Program-made: the position numbers and the translations under genes
Shown here: positions 12,501-24,473 of the stretch, piece by piece
Numbering within the stretch: position 1 is the first letter of the stretch
How the letters are laid out: every line of letters starts with the position of its first letter
DNA from: Takakia lepidozioides
Taxonomy: Eukaryota; Plantae; Bryophyta
Direction of reading: 5' to 3'
Length of the DNA stretch: 64,000 nt
Assembly: GCA_030704615.1 (NCBI GenBank)
Contig: CM060732.1
Span: 16,244,001-16,308,000 of the forward strand
Notes under the pieces: generated by a model
Told to the model about the DNA's origin: nothing
Databases searched by the model: none
The model's input: the letters and a program-made list of their open reading frames with translations, nothing else

Positions 12501-14050
12501 TTGATGCCTTTTCGAGGTCTCCACGAAACGATAGACATACACGCTCACAGGCATGGATCTGTTTGTATCCTAGGCCCATCATGCCGATTATATTTTTGGC
12601 CTTGTACGGCGATTTGGGCAAGGTGTTATGTTTGGGCAAAATCTCCAGCCTCAACAATGAAAATAACTCATCCACAAATGCGTTGGTACATTTGTGAGTG
12701 GTGCACAAATTGAGCAACATCAATGTGGCTATCAAACGGCTGTGACCGCTCCCATCGTATAAGGGGATTTGGGACTCTCGCATGAGTGTTTCATGGTGAA
12801 GATCATTTGGCGCGCCCGCTTCCTCTCCGTCGATATTTCTGCCATCAGGGATTTCAAAGGGATTTGCGCCACTCTCAACAGCATCGTCATTGTCCAAGTG
12901 AGGGGCATTTGGGGCAGGTGTGGGATTTTGCCGAAGGGTATCTGCTATTTCAAATGCATCCTGCACAGCACGAGCAATCTGGCCCCGTAGCCCATTTCCA
13001 GCTTCTCCCTGCAAATGGTCGTCATTCGCAACACTCTCTACAGTAGTTTTAGCCTCCACTTCATCATCGGATGTAATGTAGCCCTGCCAACTCAAATCAA
13101 ATCACAAATTGCTAGAGTTTGATGAACATGCATCTTTCAGAACTCCTAGACAGCGAAATTTCATTTAAATGATCTACTGTAAGCAATGACTTTGAACAAT
13201 TGCACTAGTTCAGTATAGGTGAATGCAACAAATCTCCCCCACACTTGCAAAACTGGAGATGACAGTGGGAAGCCACAGACTTGATTTCGAAGCAGCTTGT
13301 GGAGCTCAGATACAAAGAAGAATGAGACTACTCATGTATAATACGGCGAGCTAGGAACTCTGTGATAGAGGGAGACATCCCCACACACAGACACACACAT
13401 AGATACACCGACAAAGTGAAAACTCTTATCAAATATGCCCAAGTGGGCAGTGCGTCACATGGCAGCAAACTGCCAAAAGCCCAAAATGCGTGAAGGCTTA
13501 ACACATGCCAGTCATCCGCGATCATGTAGTCATGGCCCTGACTACTCCTTAGAGGCACTCCAGACTACATAACTTCATGACTATGACTACATGACTCCAG
13601 CAGAACCAACGGAAGCCACGTAGTTAATATGCCCATCATCCACGGTCAAGAAGTCATGGACATGACTACTTCGACGCACTCCCAACTACATGACTCCAGC
13701 ACTACGATTCCATGACTCCAATACATCCAACGGAAGAATGACACGTAATTCAGACTCCAGTCACTCCCATGACTCGACAAGATTAAAAAAATAGCAAAAA
13801 AAAATGCGGACATGCGCGGGCGTGCTTCGAGCATGTCAGACTGCGTGCACGATGCAAGGTGTACTGGGACTGTACAGTGCCGTAGGTTTGGGTCCCTGCC
13901 ATACTTCGTAAGGTGCTTTTTGGCCATTTGTAGAAACTGCGGGATGCCTCCATGACAGACTCTGCAGTTGCACAATATTTTGCTTTGTCCATGTGCAATG
14001 GCATGCGCCTCCTCTAGTCGCCAAAGTTTCTCATCTTTCCTGCACACACG
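9559..14050 (-). mobile_element. CACTA/En-Spm transposase gene (TnpD-like), intron-containing and decayed
   Basis: Domain order: transposase-associated CNCRVC (13850-14047); Transposase_21 (LALDGVNPY, STWPIMVLNYNLPPW, WSIHDFPAYG; 11527-13095); DUF4218 (DTMHCEKNV, LKSHDYH, FPPSFFDVMTHLLVHL, RWMYPVER, PEGSMAEGY; 10564-11475); DUF4216-like (EILELDY, DDCGFTLVN, QPFGLPSQV; 9559-10399). Frameshifts, and a probable acceptor mutated CAG>CAA near 11467. TIRs not found. Confidence 0.93.
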
Positions 14051-14744
14051 GAGTCATTGAGCTGTTAGCCGAAACCCCGCTCTCGTTCTATACATTATAC
14101 TTATACAGGGGGTGTGCAAGGGTATTTCCAGCTGATGTCAGACTGCCATGGTCAGACCCTCCCCGTGCGGTCCCCTGACTGCGTATGAAAAGCTAAGGGA
14201 GAGCTGCATTGCTTGCAACAAAGAGGTTGAGGCGGAGTTGTTTGGCTCGCACCCACTGTGAGTTCACTGACAGATGGCTCACCCTAGTGTTATGGCCGTT
14301 GTCTCGCAAGAGAGCATTTGTGCTCAACCGGAGTGCTTGACTGACCGGAATACTTTAGTTTACAGTTGTCAGACAAAGCATTGCAGGGCCTTCTCATTAG
14401 GGTTTTTTTAATAAAATCTGAGGGCTACGGTTTCGCCTGCAATTGCTCGCATTAATGTCTTTTGGGTTTTTGGGTTTTCCTAGATTCCCACTGATGGGAT
14501 TGCGTTGCTAAGTGTCCAACTTGTTTGTGAGGGTTCGCCTCTCTCCACACTTTCATGGCGCACCATGAAGAGAGCGGGATTGGTTAACTTCTTGATGGGG
14601 CGGGGCTTGCAGGCTCGTTGCGCCCAAACCAAAGCGTACTCGCCGTCGACCTCCACTACCCAGTGCTCCACCTAGACGCAGCGGAAGGCTAAAAACGATG
14701 GCTGACGAGGCACGGCAGTATGTCGACGAAGAGGACGAGGAGGA

Positions 14745-15070
14745 TTTGTTGTCTAACCCTGCAAGCATTGCATTCCACGACACCACATTTCGTTCAGCCA
14801 TATTGTCGAACACTCCCTTTGCATCCTCGAGATGCTCCCACAGTTGGCATACTTGTCCACTAGGGCAGTGTTCAGGATCACATCTGGTACAATTCCAGCT
14901 CTGACGATGTTGACCCCAACCATACTTATTACACGCGTTCCTATGCTGACTTGCGACTGCTTCCAACAAGCATTCACCTTTTTGTCTCCATTGTCCCACC
15001 ACTGACTGGGGTCGGAAAAGTGTTCATTCCAAAGCTTCTCCTCATCGCTATTATCTATTTTGGATACTTT
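14745..15070 (-). pseudogene. PPR (PLS-type) gene fragment preceded by a PDF/OSB-type motif
   Basis: EEKLWNEHFSDPSQWWDN..KKVN, then DVILNTALVDKYANCGSI / LEDAKGVFDNMAERNVVSWNAMLAG across a frameshift. Confidence 0.85.
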
Positions 15071-15649
15071 CTTGGTGCCCCATCGGCAGTAACTTGTCAA
15101 AGTCACTCCAAACCACCACAGATCCACCCAACGAGCTAACTTACAGAATTCAGTATGCAAATTCAGGGCCGAGTTTGATGAGAGGGAAAAACAGGCTGAA
15201 ATAGGTCGAAGAAGAAGGTGCCTCACCACATTGTCCTTGACCTTGTGTCAAGACGAATGGAGAATTTGACTGGCCATGAATACATCCTCACCCTCTTGTG
15301 TGTGCTGCTTGTGGATTGGATTGGGCTGTGAGAACCACCAAGGTGCAGCTGAGCAGGCAGAGATTGAAACACAGCCGCTAAGACCAAGCTGACTCTCCCA
15401 AGAACCTTGTAAACATCGGGAAGAATACCAAATCATGGTACTAACAGGAGCCAAGAGCCTTCATTTGTAGGATGGAACCCCCTCCAGAGCTCCTAATCAC
15501 TCCTATACCACCATAGATCCACCAACGAGCTAACTTGCAGAAACTTAGGGCCGACTCTGAAAACAGGGAAAAACAGGCTGAAATGCATTGAAGAAGGTGC
15601 CTTCATTAGTAGTGCCTTGTACTATCAAATGTGTTGTTGTCGCTGCTGT

Positions 15650-16065
15650 TTCCAGTTGACCATCTACCCACGCAGATTTCTTGTAGCTATTGATTTACAG
15701 GGAATCAGAAGTAATCTTGGTGAATCTGGACCTGTACCCTTGGTCCTTCAGCTATCCCTGCCTATGTACAAATCATGAATACATCCGACACAGATAGCGT
15801 GAATAGCAGCCGACACTGACGGCGTGAAGTTCTTCTGGCAAACACCCCAACCCTACTTGCTACAGTAGTTCCAATTCTGAATTGCATCTGCTTCTCTCTG
15901 AGTCCAACGGGCATTCACCTTGTGTCTCCATTGTCCCACCATTGACTAGGGTTGGAAAAGTGTTCATTCCAACGCTTCTCCTCATCTCTGTAATCTGTTT
16001 CTGGATACTTTCCTGCTGCCACATCGGCAGAAACCTGTCAAAGTCACCCCAAACCACCACAGATC
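15650..16065 (-). pseudogene. Second, duplicated PDF-motif fragment
   Basis: EEKRWNEHFSNPSQWWDNG (about 15925-15985), and the downstream half PD-..KITSDSL*INSYKKSAWVDGQL (about 15655-15735). DNA is paralogous to 14960-15130. Confidence 0.7.
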
Positions 16066-16069
16066 CACT

Positions 16070-16790
16070 GTACGGCGAAATCATGGTTCAATTTATTTTT
16101 GGTTTGAAGCTTGAAATTTTTAAGCTAATTCCCAAAGGTAATTTTTTTGAGGTGAATCACTGTGTGTGTGAATTTCTGCTAAAGCCCAGGGATGAAGTTA
16201 GTGATCCCTCAACGATGAATGGCGGGTACATTCATTGTTGATCCCTATAGTTTCGAGAAGGTGTGCTGCAAGCCGTAGGGTAGCTGATGTAAGCAGTGTT
16301 GTAATGGAGGTGCGGACAAACAACCAACTCGCGACTTGATGCAAACCAATCTGTTCAATGGTTTGGGATTCTCAGTAGATGGGAGGATGGGCGTTTTCGG
16401 CTGGGGTAGTGGGGTGTTTATTGTACGAGCTTTATTTGGAAACAGGAGCTTCAACATGGTGATAAGGATTGTCAGGCGATGCGGCTGGTGGTGGATGGCT
16501 GATGGATATAGGCTAGGCGGGCGAAGCTGGAGTTTTTTTTTTTTTTTTTTTTTTTTTGGTTGTAAAGGTGAGAATGAAGAAGAATGGAAGGGGGTGAGTG
16601 AGGAAGGGTAGAGATGGAACTGATACCAAGGAATGTGGAAGTAGACATGGTGGTGGAACGGTCTAAACGATGATGTTCTCTAGTGATTGTTGGTCTGAAT
16701 AAAATGACGGACAGTGTTTGGGGTATTTTGTAATGCTCAGAGTGGGTTCACGTTCTGCTGCAGAGAAGCAGCTCTTGTAGGGTTTAGGTG
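16070..16790 (-). mobile_element. Remnant of a different LTR retrotransposon (LTR end, Met-PBS, A-rich leader, decayed gag)
   Basis: TGGTATCAG on the minus strand at about 16620-16628, an A run at 16533-16557, and an ITNFIPGL gag-like remnant. Confidence 0.4.
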
Positions 16791-17460
16791 TCCTCCCCCA
16801 AGATCCAAAGTTGATGTCCCCATCAACGCTTCTTCCGCTTTTGAGTTCGCCCTTCGAAAGCTGCAACCGCCTCGGATGCGTTTCCCATTTCTGAGGCACG
16901 CACCCAAGTTGCCTCCACTTGATGATAGCCCTTCCATTTCACGAGATACTCCGTTTCTCGATTCTTGAACCTCCTCGACTTAAGCACTGCCTCCACCTCG
17001 TACTCAGGTTCATTTTCATGATCCAATAGCACAGGTGGCGGACGCAACACTTGATGCCGATTCGCACGCGCTTAATCTTTGAAGTAAGGCTTCAAAAGGG
17101 AAACGTGGAATACCGGATGTACCTTGCTGTTTACCGGTAGCTCCAATTCATACACATCCTCATTCATAATCTTCCGGATGCGAAAGGGCCCCGCATACGG
17201 AGGTACGAACTTCGGACTCACTTCCGGAGGTAATCAAAATTTTGGATGTTCAACCAGAACTCTGTGCTTGCCTCAAACTTAACTTCCCTCCACTTCCGAT
17301 TCGTCTGCCGTTCATACCATTTTTTAGCTTTGGCAATGTTGTACTTTGCGAGCTCCAACAAACGCTCGCGTTCTTCCAGCACCGCTGCTGCTGCCGATTC
17401 CTCATCGTCCTAGGCGGCCCAACTTGTCGGCACCAGAGGTGCTTTTCCATAGACCAATAC

Positions 17461-18099
17461 TGTCGCGCACCTCACTTTGGTAAGCTCCCCTTCAAGTCAT
17501 AGTTACTCGCTTTGATGCGCGCCTAACTCCCAACCTGGCCGCCGGGCCAACTCGGAGCTTCGGCTGCTCACCGGGACATAACGGTCCCCCTTTACTCTTC
17601 CAAAAGACCCTCCACTTACTCACTAGTTTTTGGTCACCAACGGGCTTGCACCGTTCTTGGGGTTACTACTCCCTATATATACTTCTGTGACTGTCCGCGG
17701 GGGTTTCACAAACAACCCTGCCATTTTTATGGCGAACTACCACGAAGACCCTCGACTCCCGGTGATGAGTCGCGGTGAGTCTTGGCCCACCCACCACGGC
17801 CCCATTGGACCGTGATGAGTCCCAAGACTCCCCACGACTCCCACCACAAGGTCTCAGCCCCATGGTGAGTCCTATGCCACCCCCACTAAGTCCCACTAAG
17901 CTACCACCACCCCTTGTGGAGTCACCCACACCGCAACCCGGTGTGCGGGGCTCCACCTAGTGAGCGCCTCTGCCTCCTTGAGTGCCTTGGGCACTCAAGG
18001 GTGCTTCAAACCCCCGTATCTATTGCTGCCACCGCCCCCACCACAGGGGCAGCCCCTCTGCGTCCCGACCCCCTGCCCTCAAGGCAAAGGGCCGCAACA
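17461..18099 (-). repeat. 3' LTR of the inner element (internal deletion of about 85 bp)
   Basis: TGTCGCGCAC...GGGCCGCAACA; homologous to 23743-24473; a PPT-like GTAGGGGTGTG precedes it on the minus strand. Confidence 0.93.
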
Positions 18100-18237
18100 C
18101 ACACCCCTACCAACAGGGAGTTGATGTCCTCATCGACTTGTCCATTTTGTAGAAACGAACATCCAAGTTGTGGCGTCCCACATCAAGGAGTTTGTTTCCG
18201 CACCATGGCGTCCCATGGCAAAGAACCAAACCCCACA

Positions 18238-18960
18238 TGTCGCGCACCTCACTTTAATAAGCTCCCCTTCAAGTCATAGTTACTCGCTTGATGCGCGCGC
18301 CTAACTCCCAAACTGGCCACCGGGCCAACTCGGAGCTTCGGCTGCTCACCGGGGCATAACGGTCCCCCTTTACTCCTCCACTAGACCCTCTCCCAATTTG
18401 GGCCTAGTGGAAATTCCCTTTGGTCGATGGCAGTCCGGAATAGCTCCCCACACCTTGGTCGCTTTCCGGCTCGCTCGCTTACTCACTAGTTTTTGGACAC
18501 CAACGGGCTTGCACCGTTCTCGGGGTTACTGCTCGCTATATATACTTCTGTGACTGTCCGCGGGGGTTTCACAAACAACACCACCATTTTATGGTGAACC
18601 ACCACGAAAACCCTCGATTCCCGGTGATGAGTCGCGGTGAGTCTTGGCCCACCCACCACGGTCCCCTTGGACCGTGATGAGTCCCAAGACTCCCCACGAC
18701 TCCCACCACAAGGTCTCCGCCCCCATGGTGAGTCCTATGCCACCCCCACTAAGTCCCACTAAGCTACCACCACCCCTTGTGGAGCCACCCCCACCGCAAC
18801 CCGGTGTGCGGGGCTCCATCTAGTGAGTGCCTCCGCCTCCTCGAGTGCTTTAGGCTCGAGGTTGCTTCAGCCCCCCGTACCTATTGCTGCCACCGCCCCC
18901 ACCACAGGGGCAGCCCCTCTGCGACCCAACCCCCTGCCCTCAAGGCAAAGGGCCGCGACA
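18238..18960 (-). repeat. Extra internal LTR from a different subfamily
   Basis: TGTCGCGCAC...GGCCGCGACA; the flank 18961-19097 duplicates 18100-18237. Confidence 0.93.
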
Positions 18961-19849
18961 CACACCCCTACCAACAGGGAGTTGATGTCCTCATCGACTT
19001 GTCCATTTTGTAGAAAACGAACATCCAAGTTGTGGCGTCCCACATCAAGGAGTTTGTTTCCGCACCATGGTGTCCCATGGCTAAGAACCAAACCCCCACT
19101 TGACTCTTCTCTCCACTAGCTAGTTCGGCCGACTTCCTCCAAGTCCCGGCCAAGGGTGGAGCCTCTCAAGCTCCTCCCAGTGCACTCTTCTTGACCCACT
19201 TCAGGGCCAAGGATCGAATCGCCTTACTGCGACAACATTTGCTTGCGACCGCTCGTGATGTCGCTTTTGGCATCACCTTGAGCAAGGGTTCGCCTTGAAC
19301 CCTTTTTTACTAGGAAGATAACCTTGAACCAACCGTGTGCCTCAATCACTACAATTGGGTCCGCTTTGGAATGCTGGCCTGAGGTACGAGAACACGCTGA
19401 AGCTGCACTACGACTTCGTCCCGAGGCTACATGATTATAGTACGTGAACGGAAGCACGTAGCTTCCGCATTAGCCCGCACTACAAGGCAACCCCTTCGGT
19501 AGCGCAGTTATAGTACGCGCACGTGCCAGGTGCGCACTAGCACGTGTACTCCCAACGAAGGTGCAAGTTTCCTTGCCCCTTGGGTGGGAGTCACCCGATC
19601 TCGGCACTACACAAACACATGATTAATCCAATTTACCTCTCCCATTTTGTAAGCTTAGCATGCATTCTACACACTAGCCAACCATACCATGCATCACCAT
19701 TCCAAACAAAATAAGACGCACAACATTTGGAAACCATTTCTTTTATAACAAAATTTGTACAATGCAAGTTTTTGCAATTGGAATTTTAAGTTAGCTAAGC
19801 CGGGCTAAGCATGCATTTCCTCCCCCACGCTCTAAGGTTGATGTCCCCA

Positions 19850-22800
19850 TCAACGCTTCTTCTGCTTTTGAGGTCGCCCTTCGAAAGCTGCAACCGCCTC
19901 GGATGCGTTTCCCATTTCTGAGGCACGCACCCAAGATGCCTCCACATGATGATAGCCCTTCCATTTCATGAGATACTCCGTTTCTCGATTCATGAACCTC
20001 CTCGACTTAAGCACTGCCTCCACCTCGTACTCAGGTTCATTTTCATGATCCAACAGTACAGGCAGCGGACGCAACACTTGAGGCCGATTCGGACGCGCTT
20101 CATCTTTAAAGTAAGGCTTCAAAAGGGAGATGTGGAATACCGAATGCACCTTGCTGTTTGCCGGCAGCTCCAATTCATACACATCCTCATTCATAACCTT
20201 CCGGATGCAAAAGGGTCCCGCATATGGAGGTACGAACTTCGGACTCACTTCCGGAGATAGTCGAAATTTTTTGATGTTCAACTAGACCTCCGTGCCTGCC
20301 TCAAACTTAACCTCCCTCCGCTTCTGATTCGCCTGCCGTTCATACCGTTTCCTAGCTTTGGCAATGTTGTACTTTGCGAGCTTCAACAAACGCTCACGTT
20401 CTTCCAGCACTACCGCTGCTGCCGGTTCCTCAACGTCTTGGGCGGTCCAACTTGTCGGCACCAGAGGTGCTTTTCCATAGACCAATACGAAAGGGGAAAC
20501 GCCTTTTGCGGAATGTTTTGTGTTATTATAACAGAACTCTGCCGCATCCAAGTGCTTCACCCAGTTCGATTGGTCTGCCGACATGTAATTCCGCAAGATC
20601 TGTTTCACCACGGAATTCACCCTTTCCGTTTGGCCGTCCGTCGTAGGTCGGAAGGCGGTGCTCATTTTGAGCCTCGTCCCTATTTTCTTCCAAAGTACCC
20701 TCCAAAATTTACTAGTAAACTTTGGATCGCGGTCCGAGACAATATCCTTCGGGAGTCCATGATGCTTGAAGACGTGGACAAAGTAAAGTCGCCCCGTCTC
20801 CTGCGCCATTGCCGTCTCCTTGGTGGGGATGAAATGACCCATTTTACTGAACCTATCCACCATCACCATGATTGCGTCGAATCCTCTTGACAGCGGCCTA
20901 GCAGTCATGAAGTCCATCGAGACACTTTCCCAAGGCCCCTCTGGAATCGGCAAGGGTTGTAACAGCCCCGCTTGCTTTTTGTACTCGCTCCGGTTTTGTT
21001 GGCATGTGGTGCATGTCTTGACATACTCCTCGGCCTCCTCCCTCAGTTTGGGCCAGAAATACTCTTTCTTCAGGAGTGCCGCGGTGCGCTTGGCTCCGCC
21101 GTGGCCCGCAAGCGGGCCATCTTGACATTCTCTCAAGAGACTATCTCTGATCCCTCCCATTGGCACATAGAGACGTTTTTGCTTATACTGGAGCAGTCCA
21201 TTTCGCAAGTGGAACTACGATTTAACCCCCATCCTCAAGTCCCGCGTCACAGACTTCGCCATCTCATCCTTCTGGTAAGCCTTCCGAATCTTCCTTTGGA
21301 GCGCCGTCTCGCCCCTGTACACCATCATGAGCTGCTGCTTTCTACTTAAAGCATCGGCCACCACATTGTCCCATCCCAATTTGTACTGGATATCCACGTC
21401 GAACAGTGCCAAAGTGTCTTGTCACCTAATTTGTTTTGGAGACAATTTAGGCTGCGTGGCAAAATACTTCACCGTGACATTGTCCGTGAACACCTTCACC
21501 GGGTTAGAGCCAATATAATGGCGCCAAAGCTCAAGGCAATGCACCACCGCCTTCATTTCTTTCTCATGCGTTGGCCACCGCCGCTCCACTTCATTCAGTT
21601 TCTTACTTTCGTAAGCCATTGGACGTCCATCCTGCATGAGTACACCTCCAATCGCGAAGTCCGACGCATCCGTATGAATCTCAAATGGGCGGTCGAACTC
21701 CGGGATTTTCAGGACTGGAGCTTCCGCCATCCGCTGCTTCAACTCGGCAAAAGCTTGGCCACAAAAGATGTTCCATACCCAGACTTTGGATTTATACATG
21801 AGGTTTGACAGCGGCCCCTCGATCTTTGCGAAATTTCTCACATACTTTCGGTAATAGGAGGCGAGTCCTAAGAAGGATTGCACTCTTAGGATCGAAGTCA
21901 GAGGCTCCCAGTCCAAGATTGCTCTCACATTTCTGTCATTCATTTTGATCCCATCCTGTGTAATCACATACCCCAAGAACTCCACTTTTGTTACCCCGAA
22001 TTCGCACTTTGAAGCTTTGGCATACAGCTTTCATTCCCGTAATTTCTAGAACACCCTTTTGAGGTGCTCCGGGTGCTCTTCATTTGTTTTCGAGTACACC
22101 AAGATGTCGTCGATGTACACGATCACAAAGTCGTCCAACCACTCCTGGAAAAGGCTGTTCATTAGCGTGCTAAAGGTTGCGGGTGCATTAGTGAGCCCAA
22201 AGGGCATCACCAAGAACTCATAGGAGCCATACCTTGTCCTGCACGCGGTCTTTTCCTCATCTCCTTCCGCCACTCGAATTTGATGATATCCGGAGCGCAA
22301 ATCGATCCGGCTGAAATACTTCGCTCCTGCCAACCGATCGAAGAGGTCATCGATCCTTGGCAAAGGGTATTGGTTTTTGATAGTCACCTTATTCAGAGCC
22401 CTGTAATCGACACACATCCGTAGCGTCCCATCCTTCTTGTCTGCGAATAGCACCGGGGCTCCGTAAGGTGACTTACTCGGCCGGATGTACCCCTTTGACA
22501 TTAGATCCTTGAGCTGAATCTTTAGCTCGACCAACTCTCTGTGGCTCAACCGGTAGGGTGCCTTGGTAGGCGGCTCCGATCCCGATATCAGCTCAATTTT
22601 TTGGTCAACTCCTCTTCGCGGTGGCAAGCCGCTTGGTAAATCCTCCGGCATCACATCCTGATATTTCTCCAAAATCCCCTTGATCCAATATGGGCTCGGC
22701 TCCCCATCGCCTTTTTCCTTCACTTGTCTTACGTAAAGCAAAAATTGGGGCTCGTGTGGCTCCTCCACGGCCCACTCCCTTACTGACAGAAGGTTTATTC

Positions 22801-23500
22801 GCCCTCCCACGGGGTTGGGCGTTTCCGACACTCGTTAAACTTCGCCACCATTCCCACACGGTAGCGTGACTACTCTTTTGTGGCCATCTATGACCGCTCC
22901 GGATCTACTCAAAAAGGTCATCCCCAAAATGAGATCCACTCCATCGATCTCGCAAATGGTGAAGTTCTCACGTCCCTCCCAACTCCCGAACTGAAGAGGA
23001 ACATTGAACGCCAACCTCGTCGCCAATTGTGGTTCTCCTTTGGCAGAACGCATCTCAATCGAGGCCCCCACATCACTTGTCGGGAGTCCCAGCTTCCGTG
23101 CCGTTGCTGGTGTCATGAAGGAGTGCAACGCTCCTGTGTCCACCAACAACGAACATTAGTTCCGGAGATTATCCCACTCACAAACATTAATTGACTCCCT
23201 TTACGCAAGGCGCGAGTTTCCTGATACAACTCACAAGAGTAGTTGCCTACCTTGCAAGTCTTGGTGACCACCGCCTCCACCAAGCGGCTGATGGAGGCTT
23301 CGGATAACTCCGTGGTTGCCCGAGTCATGTTTAATTGTCGGGGATTTGTACACTTCTTGGCCATGTGCCCGGGCTCCCCGCAATTAAAGCACACTCCATC
23401 GAAGGTCGCCTTCTGTCCGCCATAAGCCGCCGCACCTGGTTTCCCTTTCGGGGCACCGGGTGTCGTCTTGACGTGTGAGGGCCCTCCCTTCGATTTCCAT
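19850..23500 (-). pseudogene. Zinc knuckle and pol of the inner element (PR-RT-RH-INT-chromodomain), with stops and frameshifts
   Basis: CFNCGEPGHMAKKC; LVDTGA; [15 protein letters not shown]; IHTDASD; GH..C..CQ and VSMDF..IVSDRD..GQTERVN; chromodomain at 19850-20050. Confidence 0.96.
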
Positions 23501-23728
23501 GTGCCATTGTCGCCGCGTGGCCTATGCCCGACTCCTCAGATTCCTCCCGTCCTTGAGCGGCCTCGCTTCCAAAGGCATGCATTGCTTCCTCAAATGGCCG
23601 CTTTGGTGACACGTCGCCCCCATCGGGCTCACCAGGATCATCATCTTTCGGGCTGTTCCGCTTTCGCTTAGGCTTGCCCGACCCCATGATGAGGCCGATC
23701 CCAAGGACGATCGCATACTGAACTCTAA

Positions 23729-23740
23729 GCTCTGATACCA
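23729..23740 (-). other. Primer-binding site for initiator tRNA-Met
   Basis: TGGTATCAGAGC on the minus strand, 2 nt from the LTR end. Confidence 0.95.
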
Positions 23741-23742
23741 AG

Positions 23743-24473
23743 TGTCGCGCACCTCACTTCGGTAAGCTCCCCTTCAAGTCATAGTTACTCGCTTTGATGC
23801 GCGCGCCTAACTCCGGTCCCAACCTGGCCGCCGGGCCAACTCGGAGCTTCGGCTGCTCACTGGGATAGAACGGTCCCCCTTTACTCTTCCAAAAGACCCT
23901 CCACCAATTTGGGCCTAGTGGAAATTCCGTTTGGAAGATGGCAGTCCGGAATAGCTCCCCACTCCTTGGTGGCTTTCCGGCTCGCTCGCTTACTAACTAG
24001 TTTTTGGTCACCAATGGGCTTGCACCGTTCTCGGGGTTACTACTCCCTATACATACTTCTGTGACTGTCCGTGGGGGTTTCACAAACAACCCTGCCATTT
24101 TTATGGCGAACCACCACGAAGACCCTCGACTCCCGGTGATGAGTTGCGGTGAGTCTTGGCCCACCCACCACGGCCCCATTGGACCGTGATGAGTCCCAAG
24201 ACTCCCCACGACTCCCACCACAAGGCCTTCGCCCCATGGTGAGTCCTATGCCACCCCCACTAAGTCCCACTAAGCTACCACCACCCCTTGTAGAGTCACC
24301 CACACCGCAACCCGGTGTGCGGGGCTCCACCTAGTGAGCGCCTCTGCCTCCTTGAGTGCCTTGGGCACTCAAGGGTGCTTCAACCCCCCATACCTATTGC
24401 TGCCACCGCCCCCACCACAGGGGCAGCCCCTCTGCGACCCGACCCCCTGCCCTCAAGGCAAAGGGCCGTGACA
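23743..24473 (-). repeat. 5' LTR of the inner element (731 bp)
   Basis: Adjacent to the PBS; TG..CA ends; followed by the TSD. Confidence 0.96.

Larger units (their letters stand above)
17461..24473 (-). mobile_element. Inner Ty3/gypsy chromovirus, complete insertion with 5-bp TSD, three LTRs, capsid region deleted
   Basis: TG...CA ends; TSD AATAC at 17456-17460 and 24474-24478. Removing it restores the outer integrase sequence. Confidence 0.96.

Noticed and set aside
9154-14289. CACTA TIR pair (CACTAG at 9154 and CTAGTG near 14284-14289)
   Set aside because: Complementarity stops after 6 bp, with no clear subterminal repeats or 3-bp TSD.
17755-17850. Hammerhead ribozyme (retrozyme) in the gypsy LTR, suggested by two TGATGAG motifs
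   Set aside because: Both read GTGATGAG rather than CTGATGAG, and no correctly placed GAAA or flanking stems are visible.
17630-19153. Pro/Gly-rich ORFs repeated at 24.0-24.5 kb and 32.5 kb
   Set aside because: They lie within LTR copies, so recurrence reflects the LTR, not genes.
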